Of a DNA stretch of 51,446 nt, positions 50,822 through 51,446 are shown piece by piece. The translations under genes and the position numbers were made by a program. Numbering within the stretch: position 1 is the stretch's first letter; each line of letters opens with the position of its first letter. The DNA comes from an uncultured Planctomycetia bacterium. Its GTDB lineage: Bacteria; Omnitrophota; Gorgyraeia; JABMRJ01. A model generated the notes under the pieces. It did no database searches. It saw only the letters and a program-made list of their open reading frames with translations, and was not told the DNA's origin. The stretch covers positions 1 to 51,446 of the forward strand of contig CAZKWI010000002.1 of the NCBI GenBank assembly GCA_964556455.1, given 5' to 3'.

Positions 50822-51433
50822 CTACCCCCATCGTAAAAGCTTCAACATCAAAATAACGAGCGTCTTTGCTATGATCTTAAGATCAAGCCGGAGTGACCAA
50901 TTATCTATGTACTCCAGGTCCAGTTCTATCAGTTTATTGAAGTCGAGATCATCTTTTACGCACCTTAACTGCCTCAAGCCGGTTATGCCGGGCTTTACAG
51001 CGAGCCGTCTGCGCTGCCAATGTTGATACATCCGCGCCTGTTCCAGCATATGGGGCCTTGGCCCAACCAGGCTCATCTGGCCGCGGATCACATTCCACAA
51101 CTGCGGTAATTCATCGATATAGGTCCTCCGGAGGAATTCCCCGAATTTCGTGGCATATAAACCATGATCTATAGATCTGAACTTGTACATAGTAAAGCTC
51201 TCGCCAAAAAACCCCGCCCTCTTCTGCCTAAAGATTATAGGCCCTTTTAATGTAACCTTAACAGCGACCGCCACTAATAAGAAAACCGGGGAGAAAAAAA
51301 GTAAGAAAAATGAGGCAAAAAAAAGGTCAAACGCTCTCTTTGAATAAAATTCAGGGCTAATGGTGTAAGGGGCGCGTTTCCTTCGCGCGTAAGCTTTCTT
51401 CTTAGGAGTTATAGCCTCTAAGACCCGTATCAT
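50822..51433 (-). CDS. Small monotopic phosphoglycosyl transferase (bacterial sugar transferase family; initiating undecaprenyl-phosphate sugar-phosphate transferase)
   Basis: 203 aa. Re-entrant hydrophobic helix FDLFFASFFLLFFSPVFLLVAVAV, then GPIIFRQKRAG..FTMYKFRS...DELPQLWNVIRGQMSLVGPRP. Confidence 0.85.
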   Translation of the reverse strand: MIRVLEAITPKKKAYARRKRAPYTISPEFYSKRAFDLFFASFFLLFFSPVFLLVAVAVKVTLKGPIIFRQKRAGFFGESFTMYKFRSIDHGLYATKFGEFLRRTYIDELPQLWNVIRGQMSLVGPRPHMLEQARMYQHWQRRRLAVKPGITGLRQLRCVKDDLDFNKLIELDLEYIDNWSLRLDLKIIAKTLVILMLKLLRWG

Positions 51434-51446
51434 ATAAGGGTATTCT

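Overview
All 44 credible CDSs in this 51.4-kb window lie on the minus strand, one of them cut by the left edge. They are tightly packed, with many 4-nt and 1-nt start/stop overlaps. I saw no rRNA, tRNA, CRISPR array, transposase or integrase. The window is part of a very large surface-glycan (LPS/O-antigen/EPS-type) locus that continues past both edges. The host looks like a diderm, probably uncultivated bacterium; I cannot assign taxonomy from sequence alone.

By motif reading, the content is:
- 19 glycosyltransferase domains (13 GT4, 5 GT2, 1 GT9).
- 7 class-I SAM methyltransferase domains plus 1 degenerate one.
- 4 radical-SAM enzymes: 3 of B12-binding type and 1 fused to a GT2.
- A Wzm/Wzt ABC exporter with a Wzt_C-like domain.
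- A split PCP plus BY tyrosine kinase, and a second short Wzz-like protein.
- Two Wzy_C (ligase/polymerase-like) membrane proteins.
- A small phosphoglycosyl transferase.
- Two tandem alkaline-phosphatase-superfamily paralogues.
- No NDP-sugar biosynthesis gene and no Wzx flippase.

The most unusual part is 30.9-40.2 kb, in transcription order:
- A GAF histidine kinase.
- A near-consensus sigma70-like promoter.
- Two tandem HTH_17 genes.
- A membrane-anchored response regulator.
- An AlbA_2/HATPase_c_4-TM-TPR protein with a GspB/PilP-like C-terminus.
- A Tyr/Lys/Glu repeat protein with a cryptic signal peptide behind a non-AUG start.
- A chimeric Wza-type (Poly_export) plus secretin outer-membrane protein.
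- A PCP/BY-kinase junction carrying an in-frame A_AAA_AAG slippery heptamer; a -1 shift there would fuse the two genes into a Wzc-length protein.

I read this stretch as a candidate secretin-based polysaccharide export and regulation module. All family calls come from motif recognition by eye and need HMM or structure confirmation.
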